NCBI RefSeq assembly: GCF_035084215.1
Contig: NC_090331.1
Coordinates: 72,292,001 to 72,356,000, forward strand
Length of the DNA stretch: 64,000 nucleotides
From: Heptranchias perlo
Lineage: Eukaryota
Direction: 5' to 3'
This document shows positions 50,207-61,623 of the stretch, one piece after another (the first letter of the stretch is position 1; every line of letters begins with the position of its first letter). The notes under the pieces are model-generated. The model saw only the letters and a program-made list of their open reading frames with translations. It was not told where the DNA came from and ran no database searches. The position numbers and the translations under genes are program-made.

Positions 50207-52899
50207 TTTGAGCTCACAGTTCGATTAGTAACTGACTGAATGTTTCACTGCTTCACACAGCTTGGTATTTATATGCTTGGCAGAAAGGCCTCTCTCGGCT
50301 GTACTTTTGTTACACTAATGATTCAGGATTGAAAATCAGCAAAAAAGCAACAAAACACATGTTGCATTCATTGTAGAAAAATACCTGAGTTACGGGTGAT
50401 GCGTCATTGATTGTTTTCAGTTTGCTTTCACCTCATTTTAATTGTTATACCAGAAAAAGACCAGAATTAGAGACTATTTAACTTCCACCATACAATGAAA
50501 TATCTCAAACACAGCATTAAAGCTGGAAGTGTGTTGGAGTGCAGAAAGGAAATCATTGCGAATACGTGTGCAGCTATTTGTACCTGTTCTGATCAATGAA
50601 GATAGGTTAATACAAAGATTGAATTCCCTTGTCTTATCACTTTGCACTTGTCTAAGGATTTTGGACCTTTGGTCAAACCCCATTTACTCTTTTGAACTAA
50701 TTGACGATTCAACATAAAGAGTTAACTAGTCCCTTTAAGGATTTGGACATTCACTTGGATTCAGTCTCTCTTCTTCCGTTACAAGCTGGAGAATTTTTCT
50801 TTAGATTGAGTGTTTATTGCTTTACTTGTTTCAAATCACTTCAACCATTTACAAAACATTCTTCTTAATGTGATTACATCTTGAAAACACAAAGAGAAGG
50901 GCTTGGAGTTGGAAATTCCAAATCCAGCTGTCCTGTGTGCATCAGTGTGTGAGATAGACAGGGTTAATTTCAGACAGGCTGCTCGCAAAAAGGAGAGAGC
51001 CAGACCTTGGAAGATCAGACAGAAAATCTTGCCGGTCTCCCGTGTTTTTTGTTGACATATTTTATTGGGATCCATTGAAATTTAGTGCGATTGTCGCAGT
51101 GCTTTAGTCAAGTGTATAAAATTTTTAAGTTTCTTAATTTCAGTTAGTTCCCCCGGTGATAGAAGGAAATCTGATGTATTCACGGAGAAAAGTAACAGTG
51201 TTAGGTGGCCAACCACAACCACCACGAAGGTCCAATAAAGGCACCTAAAGGAAATCAGAAAACAAATGAATTGGCTAAGAAAGGGGGGATGGGGGAATGG
51301 ATTGAGAGCGAGTGGAAATGTTTCCCCCAGTGGAAAATAATCAGCCTGAGAAATTGCCCAACTCAATCAATTTGAAACAATTACAAAAAGAAGATCCTGA
51401 AATAAGGGCAGTCTTGGTGATGCTAGAAAAGAAAGAAAGTCCAAGGGGAGAATATGGTAATCAACCCGAATTAAAGGTGAAAGATGGGATCCTGCTGTAT
51501 GACCAAAAGTGGGTGGTACCACAGAATGAGTGAAATGCTTTTCTTTACCAAGCCCAGGACGCACCCACTTCAGGACACCCCGGGGAACATTAGAGAGGCT
51601 CCAGTATGGAATGAAAAGCCAGGTGGAGCATTATTGTCAAAACTGTTTAATTTGTGTACAGCACAATCCGGATGCGAATACCAAGAAGGCACTGTTACAC
51701 CACACCCGGCCGACAGCTGGCCCTTGGACCAATCTACAGATGTAATCAGTATGTAGTGGTAGTCGTAGACACATTATCAAAGTGAGTAGAAAAGCTTCCA
51801 ATCGCCAATGCAACAGCACAGGCCCCTGCTAAAATACTGGTGAACCACATATTCACCAGATGGGGACTCCCAAAAATCCATCGACTCGAACCAAAGCAGT
51901 CATTTTATGGGCAGGGGATTGCAAACTGCTACACAGCTGTAGTGAATCAAATCACGATTCCATATTTCACATAATCCTCCCTCACCAGGCATAGTGGAGA
52001 GAATGAAGCGAACATTAAAAACAATGTGAAAGAATTTGATTGAGCAATCCCACAAAACATGGGACCAATTGCTGCCCTTGGCATTAATGCCTATGAGATC
52101 CACTGAGTCACATACCACCAAGGTTTCACCCCATGAGTTAATGACAGGGTGAGTGATGAGAACCCCTGGTTATTTGATGTAACAGGATATGTCTGAGCCT
52201 CAGTATCAGGCCTTGACTCAGGGACGGCATGTTAACCAATTATGTGACAAGATGCGACAAACAATGGCCTTTGGAGCCGTTAATATTGGACAGTCTAAAA
52301 AGGCCAACAAAATCTATTTTGACACCAAAATCAAAGCAGTAGAATGGGATGTGGGACAGACAGTGATGGTAAAAACACACCAATCAGCAGGGCCATTCGT
52401 GGCTCGCTTTTCTGGACCATATCCCATTGAGGATAAAGCTCGTCCATCTGTGTAAAAAGAAAAAGGGAAAAGGAAAATAGTTCCATGTTAACCAACTAAA
52501 AGAGTACAAGTGAATGTATATAATGTAATGAGCCCGATGGAGGAAGAGGTTACTCACCCCCCTCCTGTGCTGTGGGATGAGCAGGATGACAACATATTAC
52601 ACCCACCTGTGGGAGGACAGAGAGCCCCAGTCCAAGGCGACTGAGACAAAGGCCAGTCCGTCTGCCTGATAGGTACACTCCTCCACGGGAGGACAGACAA
52701 AAACAGTTACGATATGTAAATTGCAGAAGACATTTACACAAAACCAAATAAAGTCGATCACAAAAATTAATACGATATTAACAAAGAGCAGATATTACCC
52801 ATACGTTTTGTTTCATCCTAGGTCCTGACTTAAGACCAACATCGAGAAAGGTCAACGAAACATCATCAGGCATGTAATTGCTGTATATATGTTAATATT

Positions 52900-53591
52900 A
52901 GACGTGCAACAATCCCCCACCATCAACATCCGAGGGGGTCACCATTAACCAGAAACTTGATTGGACCAGCATACTTAAATACTGTGGCTACAAGAACAGG
53001 TCAGAGGCTGGATATTTTGCGGCAATGGACTCACCACCTGACTCCCAAAAGCCTTTCCACCATCTGCAAGGCCCAAGTCAGGAGTGTGATGGAATACTCT
53101 CCATTTGCCTGGATGAGTGCAGCTCCAACAACACTCAAGAAGTTCGACACCATCCAGCCCACTTGATTGGCACCCCATCCACCACCCTAAACATTCAATC
53201 CCTTCACCACCGGCGCACTGTGGTTGCAGTGTGTGCCATCTACAGGATGCACTGCAGCAACTCGCCAAGGCTTCTTCGACAGCACCTCCCAAACCCGCGA
53301 TCTATACCACCTAGAAGGACAAGGGCAGCGGGCACATGGGAACAACAACACCTGCACGTTCCCTTCCAAGTCACACACCATCCCGACTTGGAAATATGTC
53401 ACCGTTCCTTCATCATCGCTGGGTCAATATCCTGGAACTCCTTACCTAACAGCACTGTGGGAGAACCTTCACCACACAGACTGCAGTGTTTCAAGAAGGC
53501 GACTCACCACCACCTTCTCAAGGGCAATTAGGGATGGGCAATAAATGCCGGCCTCGCCAGTAACGCCCACATCCCATGAACGAATAAAAAA
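52900..53591 (+). mobile_element. 3' fragment of a second LINE family (CR1/L2 group) inserted in the env signal-peptide region
   Basis: KAQVRSVMEYSP.AW, LHHRR, WNSLP motifs; poly(A) tail; TSD AATATT (52894-52899, 53592-53597). Confidence 0.85.
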
Positions 53592-54099
53592 AATATTGTG
53601 TGTAAACGGATTTCAAGAAAGAAATGAAGAATGCAACATGACAGTACATCAAGTTGGAGGCCCACGAGGGAAAAACTGGAATGGGAAGTTGGGATGGGTA
53701 AGAGAGGAAGAAGTTCGACTACATTGTGAAGGCACAGGAGAGAATGGTACACCAAGCCTCTCCCTGGCCTGGAAGAAAGGAGAGATCCTGGATGGTAACA
53801 TCGACAGAGACCTCATTAAGGAAACCTTAAAGACTAGCATTTAATAAAAGGCATGAGGGACTGTTTAGCTGTGGCACTAGCTTTTACAAATATGGTGATT
53901 AATATTGTCAGGGACAATGTTACAACCACCTCACTCATCAATGGTCCAGGAACCCACAATAGTAAAGAACCAAATGTACCTCATTGAGGAACTTAAGGTA
54001 CTTTATTTCTGACATAGTAGATAGTTAAATCGATTTTAAACCTATATGGGCAGATTTACCACGGCTTTCAATTCACGCTGAGTGAAACCTGCTTCGATG

Positions 54100-54565
54100 T
54101 CCAATGTCCCCCTCTCCCCCCAATGTCCCACTCTCCGATGTCCCTCTCAGCCCCCAATGCCTCCCATTCCAATGTCCACCTCTCCCCCTGATGTCCCACT
54201 CTCCGATGTCCCTCTCAGCCCCCAATGCCTCCCATTCCAATGTCCACCTCTCCCCCTGATGTCCCACTCTCCGATGTCCCTCTCAGCCCCCGATGTCTCC
54301 CTCTCCGATGTCCCTCTCAGCCCTCGATGTCTCCCCACCCGATCTCCTCGTCTCCCCTCATGTTCTCCCGACTCTCCCCCCTCATCTCTCCCTCTTGCCC
54401 CCCGATTGCCCCCTCTGTCCCCCCACAAATCTCCCCCTCTCTCCCTCCCCGACCATCCGCTCTAACCCCCCCTATCTTCAGCCCCGTCACTCTCTGTTCC
54501 AGCACCAGATGATGTCTCTCTCTCTCTCTCTCTTTGTCTTCCACCCCCCCACCCCACCACCACAA
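54100..54565. repeat. C-rich degenerate minisatellite (GATGTCCCCCTCTC-like) in the MITE core; counterparts ~5260-5530 and ~40570-40900
   Basis: Repeated (C/T)GATGTCCC(C/A)CTCTC units with different copy numbers per unit. Confidence 0.8.
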
Positions 54566-57500
54566 GGCATTGCAGCTCCTGTCAGCAGCCAGTCTGTCAA
54601 TCAGGCTGACTGGCGGGCGCTAAACCTGGAAACAACTTTATTCACCATCAATTACATCGCTATCATGTCGGAAAAGATACGCTTTTTTTATTTGGGTTTG
54701 CCACGGGCGCCTTCACCCCTCACCCACCCCCGCCCCCCCCACCCCCACTGCCATCCTGTCACCCTTTCAAAATTGAGCCCCTGATATATGAAACCCAATA
54801 GGATACAGTATCGATAGCCAAAATAACAAAAGGCATGCAGCAAATAATGGTAAGAGTAAATGACATAATGGACTCAAACACAAGAAAGTGGGATCTTTTG
54901 GGAAATAAAGGATCAAAGAAGAGGTTAAGAAAAATAAACAAACAGTATAACTTAGACCAGGTTGGGAATGTTTACTCTATGTTTCAATAAAGAAATTGGG
55001 ACAACCGGAGGCAAGGGAGAAATTATATTTAACAAGAATTATCCACAAAATGAATAATGGTAAAAGGAGAGCTGGAGGATCTTTTAAGTCCAAGATTTCT
55101 TGATAATATTGCACACTGTAATTTTCTGACAAACTTGGTGAAGATGAAACGAGCTAATGTGCTTATAGATTAAAAAAATACAAAAGCTGGTAGATCATGA
55201 GTGGTGTGAGACAGTACATAATGTTGGACAACACCCATGGGTTAGAATGATTAGTATGGCTTTAATACGCAATGTTTACAAGTGTTTATGATGATAATCT
55301 GCTTATTTGTAATGGGATGTTTAATTCACAACCGTGGCAAAGCAATATTCTTTCTGCGTATGTCACGGCAAACCCGTCCTACACAGGAACATGACCCAAT
55401 GATAAAGGAAACTTACCAATCACGGACAATGCTCAAAGTGTGTGAAAGTGGATTGGTCAAAATATCCACTTGAGGAGGGACTGTAAGGATTTTGGACATT
55501 GGGTCAAACCCCATTTACTCTTTTGAACTACTGGATGATTCAACATAAAGGGTTAACCAGTCCCTTTAAGGATTTGGACATTCACTTCGATCGCACATTC
55601 ACGTTACATTTGACAGCAAGGGATAACTTGCCCTGGACATTACAGTATAAATGCACAATTGCCAAACAGCAAAGTGCAGACTGTTTAAACTGGACAGTTG
55701 AACATAGATTTAACACTGCAGATGCAATACAGTACAGAAACTGTAAGCAGGCTGTGACTTTTAATAATACCTGATAAAGGGTAGCTTCCAGAAGCTTCCA
55801 GAAGGTTTTCAACATCAATAACAACTGCGAAGGACAAAGAACTGATTGGACGCCTGGCTTTGTGTAGAGGGGAGGATATAAGGGGTCCAACCATCCATCC
55901 ATCTTAATGCTATGGATAAATTGGGCCGTCTCGTAACTTGGTTCACACCCATTTGCTCAGAAGCATAAAAAGATAAGACATCGTAGCAGTCAAAACAACA
56001 GACAACAGACAACATCAGAGAAGCTGGAAGAAGCTTCAAGAGTTAATGACTGCAGCATGGGTTCCTCCAACAAGACTTTGCTTTTGAACTTTGACAAAAA
56101 GACTTTGTCTCTAAACTTTGATGAAAAGACAAAATTTGACGAGACGAACTTCGACACATCACCTGTTCCCACAGTAATCAATTCCCTGCTTGAAGTCCTG
56201 AACGACTGCTTTGACCTAGACGACTGCTTTCATGGATAAGGTTGCATCAGTTCCTTGCTCTCTTTGTTTTTTAGCCTCCTCATGCGCTCTTTTAAATCAT
56301 TAAGTAAGGAACGTCGCGAACCCCCACTTGCATTATTGGGAAGAGTAATCCTTCCATTAATTGAGTTGCTTCATGCTGGCCATGTGCTCTTTTTAAATTA
56401 TTAAATAAAAAATCACTGTGAGCCACAAAACTAACACATCAGGTGGCTTTCTTTGTCTGTGCTATCGTCCAGATCCATGAATCTCTGGGAAAGACCCTAA
56501 ATTCCCGACACTTGTCAGAACTTGACAACCAATTTTACCATCTGTACAGATTGCCCGCACCTGATCAACCTGCGTTTGATTGTTTGCAATCCCCACAATG
56601 GTGTCATTCGAAAATTCGGGCAGTTTTGCCTCTATCCCCACTTCCAAATCATTGATATATAATGTGAATAGCAAAGGTCCCAGCACAGATCCCTGGGGCA
56701 CCCTCAATCATTTCCCATCATTCTGACCCAGCTCCATGCACAATCACTCGCTGTCTCAATTGATGCAGTCAGTTGCCGAACCACTTCAATAACTGCCCAT
56801 CTAATCTATGCTTTGCTGTCTTTTGGACCAAACTACAATGTGACACTGAATCAAAAGCCTCACTGTAGTCTGTACAAACAATATTCATGGAGTTTCTTTC
56901 ATCCATAACCTCCAATACCACCTCAAAGAATTCCAACAGGCTTCCCTCCATAAAGTTGTGCTAATTTATCTTGGTGGCTTCATATGCCTTTGGCGTTAAA
57001 TGATGCCCTTCATTAAGATAACATCTGAACATTTTCCCGACAACAGACATCAGGCTCATCAGCCTATAATTTCCAGGACCATCCTTTTGCCCTTTTTTTA
57101 AAGACAATTGTTGTGTTCCTTTCTCTCCAATCCTTTGGTACAACTCCTGACCTTAAAGACCTCCATCAAACATAACTAATTTTCTTGGCCTCTTGCTTAG
57201 GTACCCTAGTGTGCTTGCTCTGGTGTCTTACCCTCTTTCAGTGCCTTCATCATTTCAGTCACTTCCTTTTCAGTAGCAACCTGTAATCCTTGCTTTGATC
57301 AATGTATTTTAACAATGCTAATACTGGTATTTTTGAATTTACTTCTGTTTTATAATTGGTGATACACCTACACTTATGAGGAGAGAATCAGAAAAGCAGT
57401 AGCTGCTTGATGTTTTGACCAAAGCTACAGTGCAAAAGTCCTTCAATCAGTATATGTGTAACAGATATAATTACCATGCAGAACTTTCAGATTGGAGTTA

Positions 57501-58649
57501 TAAGCAAATTTGTGCACACAATCTTGCTGAGAAAGGTGTTCACTGCGATATAGAAGGTAAATGTGGCTTGTTTGCATGTACCATAGATAAATGGACACTT
57601 TACTCACTCTTCAATTCATCTCACAGACATCGCCGATGAAAGGCTCAACAGGCAGTAAAGACATGGTTTATTATATGTCTGAAACCAAGCAAAATAAATC
57701 TTTTGATCTGAGGATGAGGAGGTTGATTTGCTACAGACTTGTACAGGAGTGGAGCTCATCACCTGAATATCATCACTTTAACGGCACTGAGAGTCCGTCA
57801 GAAGGAATGTAACTTTGAAGTAGTTTACAGCGTAGTCACTTGACTTCTCGGACATGAGCTTGACTCCAGCTCAACCCACTGAGGCAACCTGTGATCATTT
57901 GAACTTATTCAGAAGCCAAAGGATGGCTGTTGGAAAAAAGATCTCAGATTGGTTGCAGTTGTCTGTGCGGCTGTGAGGGTGGGGTTAGGGCACGTTGTTA
58001 GGGCAGAAGATTGAGAGCTTCATCCTGCATTTGACCTTTGTTGTGTTGGCCCATGAAAGCTTGATGTTTATAGAGATCGAAACAAGTTCCATCCCCTAAC
58101 ATTTACCCGAGGAGATTAGAAACAGTTATTTCTATTTGATGAGAAAATTTCTGATAAATCATTGTATTAATTTTCAATATTCACATAACTTTTTTTATCA
58201 TTGATTGGTACTGATATTACCAGCTGGAATTGATCGTTTTTCTGAGGTTGTGTTCCAACAGCACTGATTGAGTTATTTTTGCCATGTGATATGTTTCACA
58301 ATGTGTTCCTTTTAATGAATCACATTCTCTTGGAGCTGTGGATGTCAGCGAAATTGAACTAAATCATAAAATGCTTTCTGCTTAATAAGTGCCTGACCTT
58401 TATTTCAGATTTCTTTGGCAAACTGAAATGCTAAAGAATTGACCACCTGTGATTCCTCTATGGGCCAAGCAGTCCTCATTCATAGTGACGCACATTTTCA
58501 TTCTCTCTTCCTTGAAGACACAACGTTAAATTGTCAATGTTATTGATTGAGTTTACAGGGCCAAATTCCTTCAGATTGAATTCCTGGGAATCCCGCAAAA
58601 AGGGTGAGATAAAGGTCGGGTGCTGGAAAGGCCAAATCAGGATCTTAGT

Positions 58650-59052
58650 GTTAGCTGTGGCTCAGTTGTCGCACTCTCACCTCTGAGATTATGAAGTTTG
58701 TGGGTTCAATTACCAGTCGAGACACTTGAGCACAAAATCTAAGGCTGATACTTCAGTGCAGTACTGAGCGAACACTGCAATCTACTGTCGGAGACACTCC
58801 TTTGAAGAAGAGCTGGGGAGTTTCTCCCTGGTGTCCTGTCCAATATTCAACCCTTGGCCAAAATCACGAAAAACAGATGATCTGGTTATTGATCTCATTT
58901 CTGATAGTGAGAGCTTGTTGTGATCAAATTGGCTGCTGCGTTTCCTCCATTACAACAGTGAATGTACTTCTATAGTGCTTAAATGGCTGTCAAGAGCTTT
59001 GGAACATCCTGAGGTTGTGAAAGGTGCTATATAAATACAAGTTCTTTCTTTT
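58650..59052 (+). mobile_element. SacSINE1-like DeuSINE
   Basis: Paralogue of 10000-10395 with A box, Deu core and tail. Confidence 0.78.
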
Positions 59053-59614
59053 AGTTGGGAATTCCCACTCAGCCCGGTAAGTGGTCGAGTGTCTTCTTTC
59101 CCCCCATCCATGGCCACTTGCGTGGAGAGGGCGGGGTTGCAGGGGGTGACTCTGTCGATTGGGAGTTCCCTCTTCTACAGACCATAAAGGACCTGGTATT
59201 AGGCCCAGTGAGATCTGGTATATCACCCTCATGAAAGGTGGAAATAGACTTCACCGGAAGAGGTGCAGGTTGGGGAAATGACTCCTCCTGGACCTGTACA
59301 AATGAGGTGATCTCCTATTGTCCACGCAAACCCCACACAGATCAATACTGGTTGGCACCGTTGGGCAAGATCCTGGCGTTACTGGCAGGATCTCGGCCGA
59401 TGCATTTTCTGCACTTCTAATTACTCACTTTAATGATATTCATATAACTGCAGTAAAATATTCTGCATGAGACCACCTGATACCATCACTGTTTTGGACA
59501 ATTTCAGTGAGGATTAAAAAATAAGTGAATTAAGCAAGTTGACAGTGTAAAGTGGATATTTTATTATGTTGGCAAATGATTCAACAACATAAAGTCATGT
59601 TTTACAATGATAGA

Positions 59615-61179
59615 CTAGAAATCCCTCATACGTCTGAAAGATCCAATAGTTGAGTTGTAACCACCCCAGTCACTGAATCTCCTGTATTCACCGGGTCTCA
59701 TGAAGTACTGACGACCTCTGTAGTTGGGATGTTCATAGAAGTTCCAGTAACCGTCCATCACATGGCAGGAGTGAATGTCACGGTAGCGGAAACGATCGTA
59801 GACAGATGGACAGTCATCCATGAATTCCATCATCTGTCCTCCAAAGTCAGGCCTCTCGTAAATCTTCATTCTGTACGACCTTCCTCTGTACTGTAATAAA
59901 AATACGATCATATTCCTGATGAAACTGCAAATATACATTTGGTATGTGTAGAAAAAGAGATACCTGGTAAGGAGGGAATATGACGGGGCCCAGATGATGT
60001 CATCAACAATGAGGGCAAAGCTGAGATAATTTATTAACATCGATTGAACAAGTTGATTATGTTTGAGCCTCGTTAACAGCAAGCAGCTCCTATGTAATTT
60101 TATACAGTGAAGCCGTGAACTCTCTGTAAGAGTACACGTGGTCTGATATTAGTGGTTGCACCCAGACAGGAGGTTTCTCAATAGCTGTAAAAATCTAAAT
60201 TTACTTATTGATCATATTGTGAGGAGATTTTTCTCTGTGTGTGGGAGCAGGTTTCTCTTTCTTTTAATCTATTGAACAGTTACAGTAAAACTAATGGTGC
60301 AAGTACAAATATGCCTGTCAGCGAGTTGAACTCAGTCATGTCTTAGTCTAGCTGGAGATAAACTTATTACTTTCGACACACTCAATGCATCAATTTGGCT
60401 TTCAGTTCTGAATATTTGATTAATAACAAACAAATGTATCCAATTATATTTCCAAATATTTATGAGCTTTGCAACAGCCTACACGTCACATGACACATTG
60501 ACCTTCCTTTCCAGTTCGCACAAGTATAGACTTAAAAACCAAGCCGTATAACTTCACCGCAGGTACAAAATTACAAGGGCTGGTACTAACTTTTGATAGT
60601 AGCAGAAAACAGGTGGCAGTGGATTGGAAAATCAGGCAGGATATATGACGGGCAGCCAATCCGCTTCCGTCCGTTTTCCCCCACTGCCGAAAGTTAAAAT
60701 CAGCCCCATGTAAACGGGTAATATGTCTTCACAGCCGACACAGACAAACTAAAATGCTCAGCACAGTGGCCATTTTCTAGATGTCACTCTGGGTAGAGCA
60801 AAGAAACCACCAAAAGTTTGTTTACTTACGTATGGGTAGGTGCGACATGATCTGATGTTGTCATTGAATCCCATCCAGCGCTGGTAGTCAGGATATTCTC
60901 CCCTGCTCAGAACATACTGGTATCCCATGTAATTGGGTCTCTCATACACCACCCACCAGTCACTCTCAACACGGATGGAGTTACAGCGGCTGAAGTAAGA
61001 GGACAGGTCAGCATTGTCAGTACTGCACTCGTAGTGCCGACCCTGGAAGTTCCTGTCCTCGTAAAAGATGATCTGTGGAAAGACATAAGCTTGTAATTAA
61101 TAATTTCACAAACTAGGAGATAATTAATGAAGAATTCTAATATCTAATATAAAATCTGAGTTCTCCTTGCCTTTCCCAT
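59615..61179 (-). CDS. Gamma-crystallin (shark S-1-like) copy E; exons 61171-61179, 60830-61072, 59615-59890; 175 aa
   Basis: Intact frame and splice sites; variant residues [42 protein letters not shown]. Confidence 0.97.
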
Positions 61180-61623
61180 TTTGAGCTCACAGTTCGATTA
61201 GTAACTGACTGAATGTTTCACTGCTTCACACAGCTTGGTATTTATATGCTTGGCAGAAAGGCCTCTCTAGGCTGTACTTTTGTTACACTAATGATTCAGG
61301 ATTGAAAATCAGCAAAAAAGCAACAAAACACATGTTGCATTCATTGTAGAAAAATACCTGAGTTATGGGTGATGCGTCATTGATTGTTTTCAGTTTGCTT
61401 TCACCTCATTTTAATTGTTATACCAGAAAGAGACCAGAATTAGAGACTATTTAACTTCCACCTTACAATGAAATATCTCAAACACAGCATTAAAGCTGGA
61501 AGTGTGTTGGAGTGCAGAAAGGAAATCATTGCAAGTACATGTCCAGCTATTTGTACCTGTCCTGATCAATGGAGATAGGTTAATACAAAGATTGAATTCC
61601 CTTGTCTTATCACTTTGCACTTG

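Larger units (their letters stand above)
50651..56510 (+). mobile_element. Endogenous retrovirus, unit D, with an uninterrupted ~1029-bp 3' LTR (55482-56510)
   Basis: CTTG TSD; PPT GAGGAGGGA before TGT at 55482; AATAAA near 56404; integrase with GPY module; putative env acceptor TTTTGTTTCATCCTAG|G at ~52821. Confidence 0.9.

Noticed and set aside
54073-54784. Pro/Ser-rich and Gly/Glu-rich ORFs
   Set aside because: They are artefacts of low-complexity repeat sequence inside the MITE.
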